Source: Candidatus Moraniibacteriota bacterium
Lineage (GTDB): Bacteria; Patescibacteriota; Minisyncoccia; Moranbacterales; UBA2206
Assembly: GCA_003483065.1 (NCBI GenBank)
Contig: DMWY01000001.1
Location: 8,606 to 72,605, forward strand
Direction: 5' to 3'
Length of the DNA stretch: 64,000 nt
Part shown: positions 48,328 through 57,657 of the stretch, piece after piece
Layout: each line of letters begins with the position of its first letter
How positions within the stretch are numbered: position 1 is the stretch's first letter
The notes under the pieces: generated by a model
Seen by the model: only the letters and a program-made list of their open reading frames with translations
The model's database searches: none
Told to the model about the DNA's origin: nothing
Made by a program: the position numbers and the translations under genes

Positions 48328-49545
48328 ATGGCTTATCTAGAAAAAAATTTAGGGACAAGAGGAGAAGGAAATCAAAAATTTTATAAAAAAAGATGGTTTA
48401 AGGTTTTTGCAGTTGTTGTGATAATTTTGCTTTTGGGCGGAGGAATTTTCGCTTGGAAAACCGGAGGCGTACTGAACAAAATTTCTAAAGGCGGATTATT
48501 GCAATCTCTAGTGAAAAATATTCCCGGAGTCAATAATGATCTAAAGGGTGAAAAGGATGGCAGAATCAATGTTTTGCTTTTGGGCATGCGAGGAGAAGGT
48601 GTGGTTGGTGGTGGAACCCTAGCTGACACTATTATGGTAGCTAGTATTAACATTAAGGATAATAAAGCCTCTTTAATTTCAATTCCACGGGATTTGTATG
48701 TGGATAATCCTGGCTGGGGAAATAAAACTAAAATTAATGCTGTCTATGCTGCCGGAGAAGAAAATGGCAAAAAAAAGGGAATGGAAGATATGAAAAAAAT
48801 TATCGGAGACGTGACGGGACTTCCAATTCAATATGGAGTGAGTATAAATTTTGCCGGCTTCAAACAGCTCATCGATGCTATTGGCGGAGTTGAGATAACA
48901 CTAGATAAGCCTTTCGAAGAGGCTATGCAGTTTAACGAACCGCACGTTTGTGATTCATTTTTCACTATCCCAACCGGAAAATATCAAGACAAAACAGTTA
49001 AATATTTTAGCAAAACTACGCAAACCTACAAAACTAGAATTGTGGCTAGCTATCCTTTATGCGCAGCACCGGAAAATACCTTGGAATGTGGTGGAAATTT
49101 CAAACTTCCAGCAGGAAAGCAAACGCTCAATGGCGATCAGGCCCTTTGCTATGCCAGATCTCGTGTGACCTCGAACGATTTTGAAAGAGCTAAGCGTCAA
49201 CAAATAATCGTTCAATTAGTTAAGGATAAAATGTTAAGCATTGGAACATTGGCTGATTTTTCCAAGGGCAGTGCTATGTTAAAAGCTTTGGGGGATAATG
49301 TTAAAACAGATATGCAAATTTGGGAAATGCAAAAATTCTATGATCTTTATAAAAAATTGGGAAATTTGCAAGTCTATCAGAGAGTTTTGGAAAATAGTGA
49401 AGAGGGGTTGCTTTATAACCCAACCGATATGCCAAAAGAAGTTGGCTATATTCTCTTACCAATTGGAGGAAATTATGATCGCATTCATCAAATGGCAAAA
49501 GATATTTTTACTTTACCAGCGCAATCAGACATAAAGCCTAAATAG
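48328..49545 (+). CDS. LCP (LytR-CpsA-Psr) family glycopolymer ligase
   Basis: NVLLLG, ADTIM, SIPRDLYV, KINA, IDAIGGV, YARSR, DFERAKRQQ. Confidence 0.92.
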   Translation: MAYLEKNLGTRGEGNQKFYKKRWFKVFAVVVIILLLGGGIFAWKTGGVLNKISKGGLLQSLVKNIPGVNNDLKGEKDGRINVLLLGMRGEGVVGGGTLADTIMVASINIKDNKASLISIPRDLYVDNPGWGNKTKINAVYAAGEENGKKKGMEDMKKIIGDVTGLPIQYGVSINFAGFKQLIDAIGGVEITLDKPFEEAMQFNEPHVCDSFFTIPTGKYQDKTVKYFSKTTQTYKTRIVASYPLCAAPENTLECGGNFKLPAGKQTLNGDQALCYARSRVTSNDFERAKRQQIIVQLVKDKMLSIGTLADFSKGSAMLKALGDNVKTDMQIWEMQKFYDLYKKLGNLQVYQRVLENSEEGLLYNPTDMPKEVGYILLPIGGNYDRIHQMAKDIFTLPAQSDIKPK

Positions 49546-49595
49546 GAAATCTTATTTTACAAAGCATAAACTTGAAGCACATTTGGCAATTTAAT

Positions 49596-49630
49596 TGTTT
49601 TATGTTTCATGTTTTATGTTTCATGATCCA
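49596..49630 (+). repeat. 7-bp tandem array abutting a start codon; inverse of the 19884 family
   Basis: tgtttta tgtttca tgtttta tgtttca tgatcca ATG. Confidence 0.8.
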
Positions 49631-50440
49631 ATGGAATTATCCATCATCATTACTAATTATAAAAATCCGGAACTCTTGAAAGTTTGTATTGATTCGATTA
49701 GGGAAAATATCACATTGCATGATTATGAAATTATTGTGGCGGATAGTGAGACAGAAGAAAAAACCGAAATGATGATGAGAGAGGAATATCCCCAAATAGA
49801 ATTTATTCCATCGAAAAAAAACATTGGCTTTAGCGGAACTGTTAACGCTGGATATCAGAAAGCTAAAGGAGAATACATACTTATTCTCAATGGTGACACT
49901 ATAATAAAAAAAGATTCGATCGAAAAATTGTTAAGCTATATCAAAAATAATCCCAATGTTGGCATAGTCGGACCACGTCTTTTGGGTTTCAATGAAAAAC
50001 CACAAGATTCTTGTTTTCGCTTTTATACCCCGCTAACTATCGTGTATCGCCGGACATTTTTGGGTAAATTTGGTTTTGCTAAAAAACATTCAGATAATTT
50101 TCTTATGAAAGATTATGATCATAAGGAGATAAAAGAAGTTGATTGGATTCAGGGATCGGCGATGATGACAAAAAAAGAGATTATGGATAAGGTTGGTTTG
50201 ATGGATGAAAAATATAAGCTATATTTTGAAGATGTGGATTGGTGTCGAAGATTTTGGGAAAAAGGTTATAGCGTTGTTTATTATCCAGACTCCGAAATCT
50301 ATCATTATCATGGCAGAGGAAGCGCGGGCAGAAGCGTTATCCAGTCATTACTTTCTAACCGTTTAACTTGGTGGCACATAAAAAGTGCAGTGAGATATTT
50401 TTGGAAATATTGGGGTAAGCCATTACCAAAACATAACTAG
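49631..50440 (+). CDS. GT2 (WbbL/rhamnosyltransferase-like); start adjusted to 49631
   Basis: LSIII.NY, NIGFS, LNGD, DWIQGS, YFEDVDWC. Confidence 0.88.
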   Translation: MELSIIITNYKNPELLKVCIDSIRENITLHDYEIIVADSETEEKTEMMMREEYPQIEFIPSKKNIGFSGTVNAGYQKAKGEYILILNGDTIIKKDSIEKLLSYIKNNPNVGIVGPRLLGFNEKPQDSCFRFYTPLTIVYRRTFLGKFGFAKKHSDNFLMKDYDHKEIKEVDWIQGSAMMTKKEIMDKVGLMDEKYKLYFEDVDWCRRFWEKGYSVVYYPDSEIYHYHGRGSAGRSVIQSLLSNRLTWWHIKSAVRYFWKYWGKPLPKHN

Positions 50441-50457
50441 CATACGAACAATAATTT

Positions 50458-51777
50458 ATGGAATTAGAAAATTTTGAAGAAAAAATAAAACAAGAGATAA
50501 CAGAAGGGAAGGAAAAAGAAGAAAAAGAAAATATGGAGAAAAATCTCCATCTTTTTAAGCGCTATTCATATTTTTTGGTGGTTATTTTTCTAGTGGCGGG
50601 TAGCTTCTTTTTAGGATACAAAAAGGGACAACCTAATGTGTCAGACAACAAAAACGTTCCACTGGAAAAAGCAATTATTGAAAATAAGGCATCGCAAAAC
50701 GAAGAAGTTGATTTCTCACTTTTTTGGAAAGTTTGGGATTTGGTCAAAGAAAAGCATGTTGAGAGAAACAGCCTAGATGCGCAAAAAATGGTTTATGGAG
50801 CAATCAATGGAATGCTTAGCGCTACTAGCGATCCATACTCAAGCTTTTTCAATCCGGAGGAAAGTAAGATGTTTTCTGAAGATATTGCAGGGTCATTTGA
50901 TGGAATAGGCGCCGAACTTGGGATGAAAGATAAGATCCTCACTGTTATCGCTCCACTAGATGGTTCTCCGGCACAAAAGGCTGGAATTCGTAGTGGGGAT
51001 AAAATATTGAAAATTGATGAAAAATCATCTTTGGAACTTTCAATTGATCAAGCAGTAGATTTGATAAGAGGCAAAAAAGGAACGCAAGTGAAACTCACAA
51101 TTTTGCATGATGGCGAACAAGAAACTGTTGAGATAAATGTGATTCGAGATACTATAAAATTAGATAGTGCCAAGGTAGAATTTAAGGATGACGATATTGC
51201 CTATCTAAAAATAATAAAATTTTCTGATGATGTTGATGTGCAGTTTGACAGTGCGATGAATAAAATAATTGCCCAACAAAGTAAGGGAATAATTCTGGAT
51301 TTACGTGATAATCCAGGTGGTCTTTTGGATAAATCAATAAAAGTAGCCAGTCGCATGATAGCCAAGGGTAGTGTTGTAGTATTGGAAGAAAATAATGCCG
51401 GAAAGAAAAATAGTTTATATACAATCGGAGGAGATAAGTTAAGCTCCATTCCAATGGTAGTTCTCATAAACGAAGGCAGTGCTAGTGCTTCAGAAATTTT
51501 GGCAGGAGCCCTGAAAGATGATCGTGGGCTAACCTTGATTGGAGAAAAAACTTTTGGCAAGGGTAGCGTTCAGCAACTTATGGATCTTCCTGGTGGTTCA
51601 AGCGTGAAAATTACGGTTGCAAAATGGCTCACCCCCAAAGGTGATTATATTATGGAAAAAGGAATTTCTCCAGATATTGAAGTCGAGATGACTAATGATG
51701 ATTACAAAAACGAACGCGATCCACAATTGGATAAGGCGATGGAAATAATTAAGGAAAAAATTCACCCTGTTAAATAA
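50458..51777 (+). CDS. ctpA: S41 carboxy-terminal processing protease with PDZ domain
   Basis: DPYS, GIGA, DLRDNPGG, SASASEI, TFGKGSVQ, DPQL. Confidence 0.92.
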   Translation: MELENFEEKIKQEITEGKEKEEKENMEKNLHLFKRYSYFLVVIFLVAGSFFLGYKKGQPNVSDNKNVPLEKAIIENKASQNEEVDFSLFWKVWDLVKEKHVERNSLDAQKMVYGAINGMLSATSDPYSSFFNPEESKMFSEDIAGSFDGIGAELGMKDKILTVIAPLDGSPAQKAGIRSGDKILKIDEKSSLELSIDQAVDLIRGKKGTQVKLTILHDGEQETVEINVIRDTIKLDSAKVEFKDDDIAYLKIIKFSDDVDVQFDSAMNKIIAQQSKGIILDLRDNPGGLLDKSIKVASRMIAKGSVVVLEENNAGKKNSLYTIGGDKLSSIPMVVLINEGSASASEILAGALKDDRGLTLIGEKTFGKGSVQQLMDLPGGSSVKITVAKWLTPKGDYIMEKGISPDIEVEMTNDDYKNERDPQLDKAMEIIKEKIHPVK

Positions 51778-51788
51778 ATTTTAATTAT

Positions 51789-52232
51789 ATGAAAATAATA
51801 TTATTACAAGATGTGAAAAGTTTAGGGAAGAAGGGGGATGTGAAAGATGTGGCGGAAGGGTATGCGCAAAATTTTTTGCTTCCCAAAAAAATAGCGAGCG
51901 TTGCAACAGAAAATGCAGTTAAGTTTTTTCAATCACAAAAAGAAAAAGAACAAAAAAATAAAATAGCTGAAACAGAAAGGTTGAGAAATTTAGCTAGCAC
52001 TCTGAAAGACAAAAAAATTACCATCGAAGCTAAGGAAAAAAAGGGTAAGCTCTTTGGTTCAATAACAGTCAAAAACATCAAGGAAAGCCTGGAAAAAGAA
52101 GGCTTGAACATTTTAGAAAATTCAATTATAATTAAACAAGCAATCAAGAAGGTAGGGGAATATGAAATTGAAATAAAATTGTCAGAAGAAATAAGAGAAA
52201 AAATTAAATTGGAAGTAAGGGGGATTGAGTAG
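51789..52232 (+). CDS. rplI: 50S ribosomal protein L9
   Basis: ILLQDV..LGKKG, GYAQNFLLP, LFGSIT. Confidence 0.95.
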   Translation: MKIILLQDVKSLGKKGDVKDVAEGYAQNFLLPKKIASVATENAVKFFQSQKEKEQKNKIAETERLRNLASTLKDKKITIEAKEKKGKLFGSITVKNIKESLEKEGLNILENSIIIKQAIKKVGEYEIEIKLSEEIREKIKLEVRGIE

Positions 52233-52254
52233 CAACCTTAATAAATTTATTTTT

Positions 52255-52282
52255 AAAAGTCGCGGGGAAGAGCGACTTTTTG
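52255..52282 (+). terminator. hairpin/terminator between rplI and pyrG
   Basis: aaaagtcgc-ggggaaga-gcgactttt-t. Confidence 0.55.
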
Positions 52283-52294
52283 TCTGAAAAAAAT

Positions 52295-53947
52295 ATGAAA
52301 AACAGAAAATATATCTTTGTTGTTGGGGGTGTGATGAGTGGAGTGGGAAAGGGGATAACTACTTCAGCTATTGGCGCGATTCTTCAAGCGCGTGGATTTA
52401 ATGTGACGGCTATAAAAATTGATCCCTATATCAATGTTGACGCTGGTACAATGAACCCAACCGAACACGGAGAAGTTTTTGTTTTGGATGATGGAGATGA
52501 AACTGATCAAGACATGGGAAATTATGAAAGATTTTTAGGTATCACTTTGAATCGTGATAATTATATGACAACTGGCAGAGTGTATGAAACGGTGATTCAT
52601 AAGGAAAGAAATCTTGAATATAATGGAAAGTGTGTAGAGGTTGTGCCACATATTCCAATGGAAGTTATTGAAAGAATAGAAAAAGCTTCCAAGAAAGCTG
52701 ATTCAGATGTGACTATGATTGAAATTGGTGGAACTGTTGGAGAATATCAAAATATTCTTTTCTTGGAAGCGGCCAGAATGTTAAAGATAAAACATCCAGA
52801 TGATGTGTTGTTTGTGATGGTTAGCTATCTGCCAATTCCTTCCAAAGTGGGAGAAATGAAAACGAAACCAACTCAATATGCCGTGCGGACACTCAACAGC
52901 GCCGGAATTTTGCCGGATGTAATTGTGGCAAGAAGTGACACTCGGCTTGATCAAAAAAGAAAAGAAAAAATTGCGATGTTTTGCAATATTCCAGAAAGAT
53001 ATGTGATCAGCGCTCCGGACATTGAGAGTATCTATGAGGTCGGAATAAATTTTGAACGGGATGACTTGAGTCGGTTGCTTCTCAAGAAACTAGGTCTGCC
53101 ATACAAGAAAACCGACTTGAAAAAATGGTATGATCTTTTAGAGAAAATTAAAAATCCAAAGGGAGAAGTGAAGATTGGGATAGTGGGAAAATATTTTGGC
53201 ACAGGTGATTTCGTGCTTTCGGATGCTTATCTTAGTGTGATTGAAGCGATAAAGCATGCTGCTTATAAACTTCAATTGAAACCAATAATAAGTTGGGTTA
53301 ATAGTGAGGCCTTTGAAAAAGAGCCGGAAAAATTGGAAGAATTGAAAAATTATGATGGCGTAATTATCCCTGGCGGATTTGGTTCACGCGGAATTGAAGG
53401 GAAAATAAAAGCCATTAAATTTTTGCGAGAAAATGGAATTCCGTTTTTTGGACTTTGTTATGGAATGCAACTCGCCGTAGTGGAATATGCCAGAAATGTA
53501 TTGAATTTGAAAGACGCTAACACTACGGAAATCGACAGAAAAACAAAAAATCCAGTAATTGATATTATGCCAGAACAAAAGAAGAATCTAGCTGATCATA
53601 ATTTTGGAGCCACTATGCGACTGGGTGCCTATCCAGCGGTTATCAAAAAAGGAACGCTAGCTTATAAGGCTTATGGGAAAAACAAGATTTCAGAACGTCA
53701 CCGACATCGCTGGGAAGTTAATCCAGAGTATATTGAAAGATTAGAAAAAGCTGGTTTGGTTTTCTCTGGAAAATCAGCCGACGGAAAACTAATGGAAATA
53801 GCCGAGCTACCAAAAACCAAACATCCATTTTTTCTGGGGGCTCAATTTCATCCAGAATTCAAAACCGATCCAATTAATTCACATCCACTGTTTCTTGAAT
53901 TTATAAAAGCAAGCCACTCGCGAATTGTCGCGAATAAAAAACAATAA
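52295..53947 (+). CDS. pyrG: CTP synthase (ATG 52295; TTG 52280 possible)
   Basis: GGVMSGVGKG, KIDPYINVDAGTM, KTKPTQ, GLCYGMQ, ERHRHR, QFHPE. Confidence 0.97.
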   Translation: MKNRKYIFVVGGVMSGVGKGITTSAIGAILQARGFNVTAIKIDPYINVDAGTMNPTEHGEVFVLDDGDETDQDMGNYERFLGITLNRDNYMTTGRVYETVIHKERNLEYNGKCVEVVPHIPMEVIERIEKASKKADSDVTMIEIGGTVGEYQNILFLEAARMLKIKHPDDVLFVMVSYLPIPSKVGEMKTKPTQYAVRTLNSAGILPDVIVARSDTRLDQKRKEKIAMFCNIPERYVISAPDIESIYEVGINFERDDLSRLLLKKLGLPYKKTDLKKWYDLLEKIKNPKGEVKIGIVGKYFGTGDFVLSDAYLSVIEAIKHAAYKLQLKPIISWVNSEAFEKEPEKLEELKNYDGVIIPGGFGSRGIEGKIKAIKFLRENGIPFFGLCYGMQLAVVEYARNVLNLKDANTTEIDRKTKNPVIDIMPEQKKNLADHNFGATMRLGAYPAVIKKGTLAYKAYGKNKISERHRHRWEVNPEYIERLEKAGLVFSGKSADGKLMEIAELPKTKHPFFLGAQFHPEFKTDPINSHPLFLEFIKASHSRIVANKKQ

Positions 53948-53955
53948 ACACGAAT

Positions 53956-53988
53956 AAAAAACGAACTCATTAAGGGGTTCGTTTTTTT
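53956..53988. terminator. bidirectional terminator between pyrG and rpmA
   Basis: aaaaaacgaactc-attaag-gggttcgttttttt. Confidence 0.8.
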
Positions 53989-54014
53989 AGTTTATATTTG
54001 TTGTATGTTCGTGT

Positions 54015-54287
54015 CTATTCTACAGAAACAAATTTCTTTGAGATCATTTTACCAGTAAATTTTCGAACTTTTTTGGCAGTAAATTTAACTACGCCTTCTT
54101 TCAAAGCGAAGAGAGTGTCATCTTCCGCGCGCTTAACATCCTTGCCTGGTCGGAATTTTGTTCCCCGTTGGCGGATAATGATTTGTCCAGGAGTGACTTT
54201 TTCTCCCGCAAATTTTTTCACACCTAATCTTTTCGAAATTGAATCTCGTCCCAGTTGAGTGGAACCACCTGCTTTACGATGAGCCAT
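54015..54287 (-). CDS. rpmA: 50S ribosomal protein L27
   Basis: [27 protein letters not shown]. Confidence 0.97.
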   Translation of the reverse strand: MAHRKAGGSTQLGRDSISKRLGVKKFAGEKVTPGQIIIRQRGTKFRPGKDVKRAEDDTLFALKEGVVKFTAKKVRKFTGKMISKKFVSVE

Positions 54288-54325
54288 ATAATTGAATTAC
54301 TAAATTGTTTATTATTACTTAAATA

Positions 54326-54354
54326 ATCTTACTTTATTTGTGGTATAATGTCAA
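54326..54354 (-). promoter_or_regulatory. rpmA promoter overlapping a divergent extended -10 (TGgTATAAT, 54341-54349, +)
   Basis: TTGACA-N17-TAAGAT. Confidence 0.6.
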
Positions 54355-54779
54355 CAGCTATGGATAAAAACGTCATAAAAGCAAAAACTAAAGATTTTTG
54401 GCAAAAATATGAATATAAAATAATCCTGATTATAGGCTTTGTTTTAGTGGCTGTAATTTCTTTTGAAGGAGGAGTTTTGAAAAGCCAAAAAATGGCTCAA
54501 AATCCGCTTATTATTGAAAAGCCGGCCGATAACAACAATCAGGCTGTTTGCGGTGTCTCTCAAAGCCAAAATTTGCCCACTGAGACGAAAAAAGACCCAA
54601 ATGAGGTAAGTGCCCTGCCCCAAAATTGCGCTTTCGTAGGGTCAAAAAATTCCAATAAATATCATTTGTCGATTTGCCGTTATGCTAAGAATATAAGCCC
54701 GAAAAACCTAGTTTGCTTTTCTTCGAAAATTGAGGCAGAATCAAGAGGATACTTGCCGGATAAAAATTGTATAAAATAA
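54348..54779 (+). CDS. membrane-anchored protein with C-terminal Ada-like metal-binding domain (start may be 54360)
   Basis: TM, then FVGSKNSNKYH...C...I...N...F....EA...GY. Confidence 0.7.
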   Translation: MSTAMDKNVIKAKTKDFWQKYEYKIILIIGFVLVAVISFEGGVLKSQKMAQNPLIIEKPADNNNQAVCGVSQSQNLPTETKKDPNEVSALPQNCAFVGSKNSNKYHLSICRYAKNISPKNLVCFSSKIEAESRGYLPDKNCIK

Positions 54780-54784
54780 ATATA

Positions 54785-54863
54785 TGTCATTGCGAGCGAA
54801 GCGAAGCAATCTCAGAATTAAGTTACGAGATCGCCGCAGTCGCTACGCTCCTTCGCAATAACA
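54785..54863. mobile_element. intergenic palindromic RPE/MITE-like element related to 46102-46202
   Basis: tgtcattgcgagcgaagcgaagcaatctc...gagatcgc...tcgcaataaca. Confidence 0.75.
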
Positions 54864-54870
54864 ACCAAAT

Positions 54871-55572
54871 ATGAAAAATGATATCATTGTAATTTCTCTT
54901 GGAGGATCATTAATCGTTCCAAAAAGAATCGATTGGCAGTTTTTGAAAAAATTCAGAGAATTAATAATTTGCGAAATTAAGAAAGGAAAAAGATTTGCGA
55001 TCATCACGGGTGGAGGATATGCGGCGCGGGAATATGCGCAAGCAGCGAGCAAGGTGACAAAACTCACCAAAGATGATCAAGACTGGCTTGGAATTCATAC
55101 GACTAGACTCAACGCGCATCTTATTAAAACTATTTTTAGACAATATGCCAATCAACGAATCAACAAAAATCCGCGCACCAAAGAAGATTTAACGAGTCAC
55201 TTTGCTAATGGAGAGGGAATTATGGTGGCTGCCGGATGGAAACCAGGATGGTCAACGGACTATGTCGCCACAATTATCGCGGAAAGACTGGGCGCCAAAA
55301 AACTCATCAATCTTTCTAATATCAAATATGCTTGCGACAAAGATCCAAAAAAATATCCTGATGCAAGAATAATCAAAGAAATCAATTGGAAAAATTTTAG
55401 GCGTATTGTCGGCAACCGCTGGGACCCAGGACTTAATATGCCATTTGACCCAGTCGCTTCAAAACTGGCCCAAGAAAACAATCTCGAGGTTATCATTGCC
55501 GAGGGCAAAAATCTTAAGAATTTAAAAAACATTTTGGAGGAAAAGGAGTTTCAGGGGACGGTAATAAGATAG
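54871..55572 (+). CDS. pyrH: UMP kinase, archaeal type
   Basis: VISLGGS, GGG..AR.Y, D..GI..TRLNA, PGWSTD.VA, PFDPVA. Confidence 0.9.
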   Translation: MKNDIIVISLGGSLIVPKRIDWQFLKKFRELIICEIKKGKRFAIITGGGYAAREYAQAASKVTKLTKDDQDWLGIHTTRLNAHLIKTIFRQYANQRINKNPRTKEDLTSHFANGEGIMVAAGWKPGWSTDYVATIIAERLGAKKLINLSNIKYACDKDPKKYPDARIIKEINWKNFRRIVGNRWDPGLNMPFDPVASKLAQENNLEVIIAEGKNLKNLKNILEEKEFQGTVIR

Positions 55573-55702
55573 TGAATAGCAATTAGTTTATTGGTGAATA
55601 GTTTTTTTAATTTGACATTTCTATTGCATTTTGCTTAAATGTAATGTCAAATAGAGTACACAAACAATAACTGCCTAAAAAGGCAAAAAAGGAGGGGTAA
55701 TT

Positions 55703-55912
55703 ATGAAATTAAGAGTTAAAGAAATTTTTCATTCTTACAATCGTACTGTTGCGGAATTAGAAAAAAATACCGCCGAGGCAGCAACAAGGGGTGATGGTCA
55801 AATAAAAGATCTCGGGAGGCTTATTAATAAAATGGATATATTGGGAAGATTGTTGGGGGAGTGTGACCTGGAAATTAAAATCAATCCAAACGATGCTCAA
55901 TTTCTACAATAA
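55703..55912 (+). CDS. small hypothetical protein
   Basis: 69 aa, strong RBS (ggagg), upstream TTGACA at 55612, downstream terminator. Confidence 0.65.
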   Translation: MKLRVKEIFHSYNRTVAELEKNTAEAATRGDGQIKDLGRLINKMDILGRLLGECDLEIKINPNDAQFLQ

Positions 55913-55934
55913 TCTTTCTGGATTTATCAAAACT

Positions 55935-55969
55935 AAGGCATACGCAGTCCAAGATTGCGTATGCCTTTT
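55935..55969. terminator. terminator between convergent genes
   Basis: aaggcatacgcagtc-caa-gattgcgtatgcctt-tt. Confidence 0.8.
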
Positions 55970-55972
55970 AAA

Positions 55973-56422
55973 TTACCTAAAACTAACTTTTTTATACTTC
56001 AACAAAAAATAAATTAAAGAATAAAAAACCAAAGCGATGATTCCGGCAGTGATGAGGAAACCAACAATAAGGGGTAGAACTAATTCTAGAAAAATAATTT
56101 TGCTGAAAAAATATTCTAGTCCCAGATGATAGGTCGAGTTAAAATTATCAATCAATTCTTGCGAATTAGTTTTGAAAATAAAAGCTCCAATCCCAGCTGA
56201 GATTGGTAGAGTAACAACCGTCGCCCACATATTAAAAGCTAAGGCTCCGGCGGTAGCTGATAAGCGATTGAAGCGGAAAAGCGAAGCTAAAATTAGAGTA
56301 GCTAGGAGTCCTTCTCCCGGAATGATTCCTAAAAAAATTCCCAAAGATGCTCCTGCGGCAATTTTGTGCGGGGTGTCGTCGATAAGAAAGAATTTTTTGA
56401 TAAAGGTTTTTAGTTTTTTCAT
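55973..56422 (-). CDS. DUF2062 family membrane protein (start adjusted to 56422)
   Basis: DTPHKIAAG..LGIF.GIIP, RFN. Confidence 0.8.
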   Translation of the reverse strand: MKKLKTFIKKFFLIDDTPHKIAAGASLGIFLGIIPGEGLLATLILASLFRFNRLSATAGALAFNMWATVVTLPISAGIGAFIFKTNSQELIDNFNSTYHLGLEYFFSKIIFLELVLPLIVGFLITAGIIALVFYSLIYFLLKYKKVSFR

Positions 56423-56432
56423 ATAACTAAGT

Positions 56433-56478
56433 AGATCCTTCGACTTCGTCCGAGTACGGACTTCGCTCAGGATGACAA
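56433..56478. mobile_element. half copy of the GTCATYCTGAGCGAA element with an internal hairpin
   Basis: agatccttcgacttc-gtccgagtacggac-ttcgctcaggatgac. Confidence 0.7.
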
Positions 56479-56487
56479 CTGAGGTTG

Positions 56488-57642
56488 TCATTTTTTCTTT
56501 ACGCTTAAACTTTTGGTTTCTTTGTCGAGAACTTTGGCTTCTTCAATTTCCTTTTTGGCATCATACGGCAAAACGCCCAAAATATTTCGCAGTGCTATAC
56601 CATCTACTTTCAACACATCTTCCCAATGATCCAGCGGTTCCAAAACTTCACGCAATTTTTTCTCGTCGTATTTATAAGTCTTACGAAGTGACCTGGCAAT
56701 AACGCCTTGCGGACCAAAAACTCTTTCCACGCCTTCTTGATCCATATAGCCCAAAATATCTTCTTGTAATTTAGCCAAGCGATCCTTTGTCAGGGTAATA
56801 GCTGATTTTAGGTCGATATATTCTTCAATTGATTTATTTATTTCATCTGTGTCGATGTGACGCAATTCTTTGAATTTATGTTTCCACATCGGGCAAAGAT
56901 TTTGGTATCCGCACCAATCGCAAAGAGGGGATATTGTTGGTTCAAAATTGCCAGCCTCGATGACTTTTATAGTGTCCAAAAAAAGTTGTTCACTTTTTTT
57001 CAATTGTTCCAATGTCCGAGTGGCGGATAATTTCATGCCATGTTTCAAATAGTATAAACTTACTTTTATTTTGTCTAAGTTATTGATTTCTTTGGGATAT
57101 TGCGAAAGAAAAGCTTGCAGATAAACCGAAAGCTGAATGTCGTTGTCAACTTTTTCTTGATTGGGCATTTTCTTAGTAGTCTTATAATCGATAATCTCAA
57201 AACCATCTTCGGTTTTGTCGATACGGTCAATTATTCCGGAGATGATATGTCTTTCTTGGGCTTGCCCCGTGGTCGCCGTAGGTGACTTTGCGGGGCCAAT
57301 TTCAATTTGAAAGCGTGATTCTAAATTGATAATATTAAAATCCGCGGGATTATTTTTTTGGTAGTAATCTTGAATAATTTTGACGCCTTGGGAAAAGGCG
57401 GCGCGTTCTTCGGTTTCTCCGTCAAAAACTGCTGGGTTCCAAGCATTGGAAAAATGCTCCATGGCTTGATCCAAAGTGGGGGAGAGAATGCCTGGTGTGT
57501 GGATAAATTTCATTGTTTCATGAATTGTCGAGCCAAAAACCGCCTCCTTAGATTTAGGCACCTTAATGTGGTCAATATTTTGAAATTTATATTTCAGCGG
57601 ACAATTTTGATAGGCATCAAAGGCCGAGTATGATATGCGCAT
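56488..57642 (-). CDS. PD-(D/E)XK nuclease, RecB/AddB-like with 4-Cys Fe-S staple
   Basis: SYS...Y..CP, GSTIH, E, GIIDRID, IIDYKT, QL..Y, CDWCGYQNLCP. Confidence 0.88.
   Translation of the reverse strand: MRISYSAFDAYQNCPLKYKFQNIDHIKVPKSKEAVFGSTIHETMKFIHTPGILSPTLDQAMEHFSNAWNPAVFDGETEERAAFSQGVKIIQDYYQKNNPADFNIINLESRFQIEIGPAKSPTATTGQAQERHIISGIIDRIDKTEDGFEIIDYKTTKKMPNQEKVDNDIQLSVYLQAFLSQYPKEINNLDKIKVSLYYLKHGMKLSATRTLEQLKKSEQLFLDTIKVIEAGNFEPTISPLCDWCGYQNLCPMWKHKFKELRHIDTDEINKSIEEYIDLKSAITLTKDRLAKLQEDILGYMDQEGVERVFGPQGVIARSLRKTYKYDEKKLREVLEPLDHWEDVLKVDGIALRNILGVLPYDAKKEIEEAKVLDKETKSLSVKKK
57261..57296. repeat. GC-rich hairpin in frame in the nuclease gene
   Basis: gccccgt-ggtcgcc-gta-ggtgact-tt-gcggggc. 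Confidence 0.6.
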
Positions 57643-57657
57643 AAAATTATTATTTAG

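Noticed and set aside
51760-51780. ttcaccctgttaaat at the end of ctpA as a possible half repeat element
   Set aside because: No partner arm or second copy was found in the window.
56488-57642. CRISPR-associated Cas4
   Set aside because: No other cas genes or repeat-spacer array; it fits a stand-alone PD-(D/E)XK nuclease.
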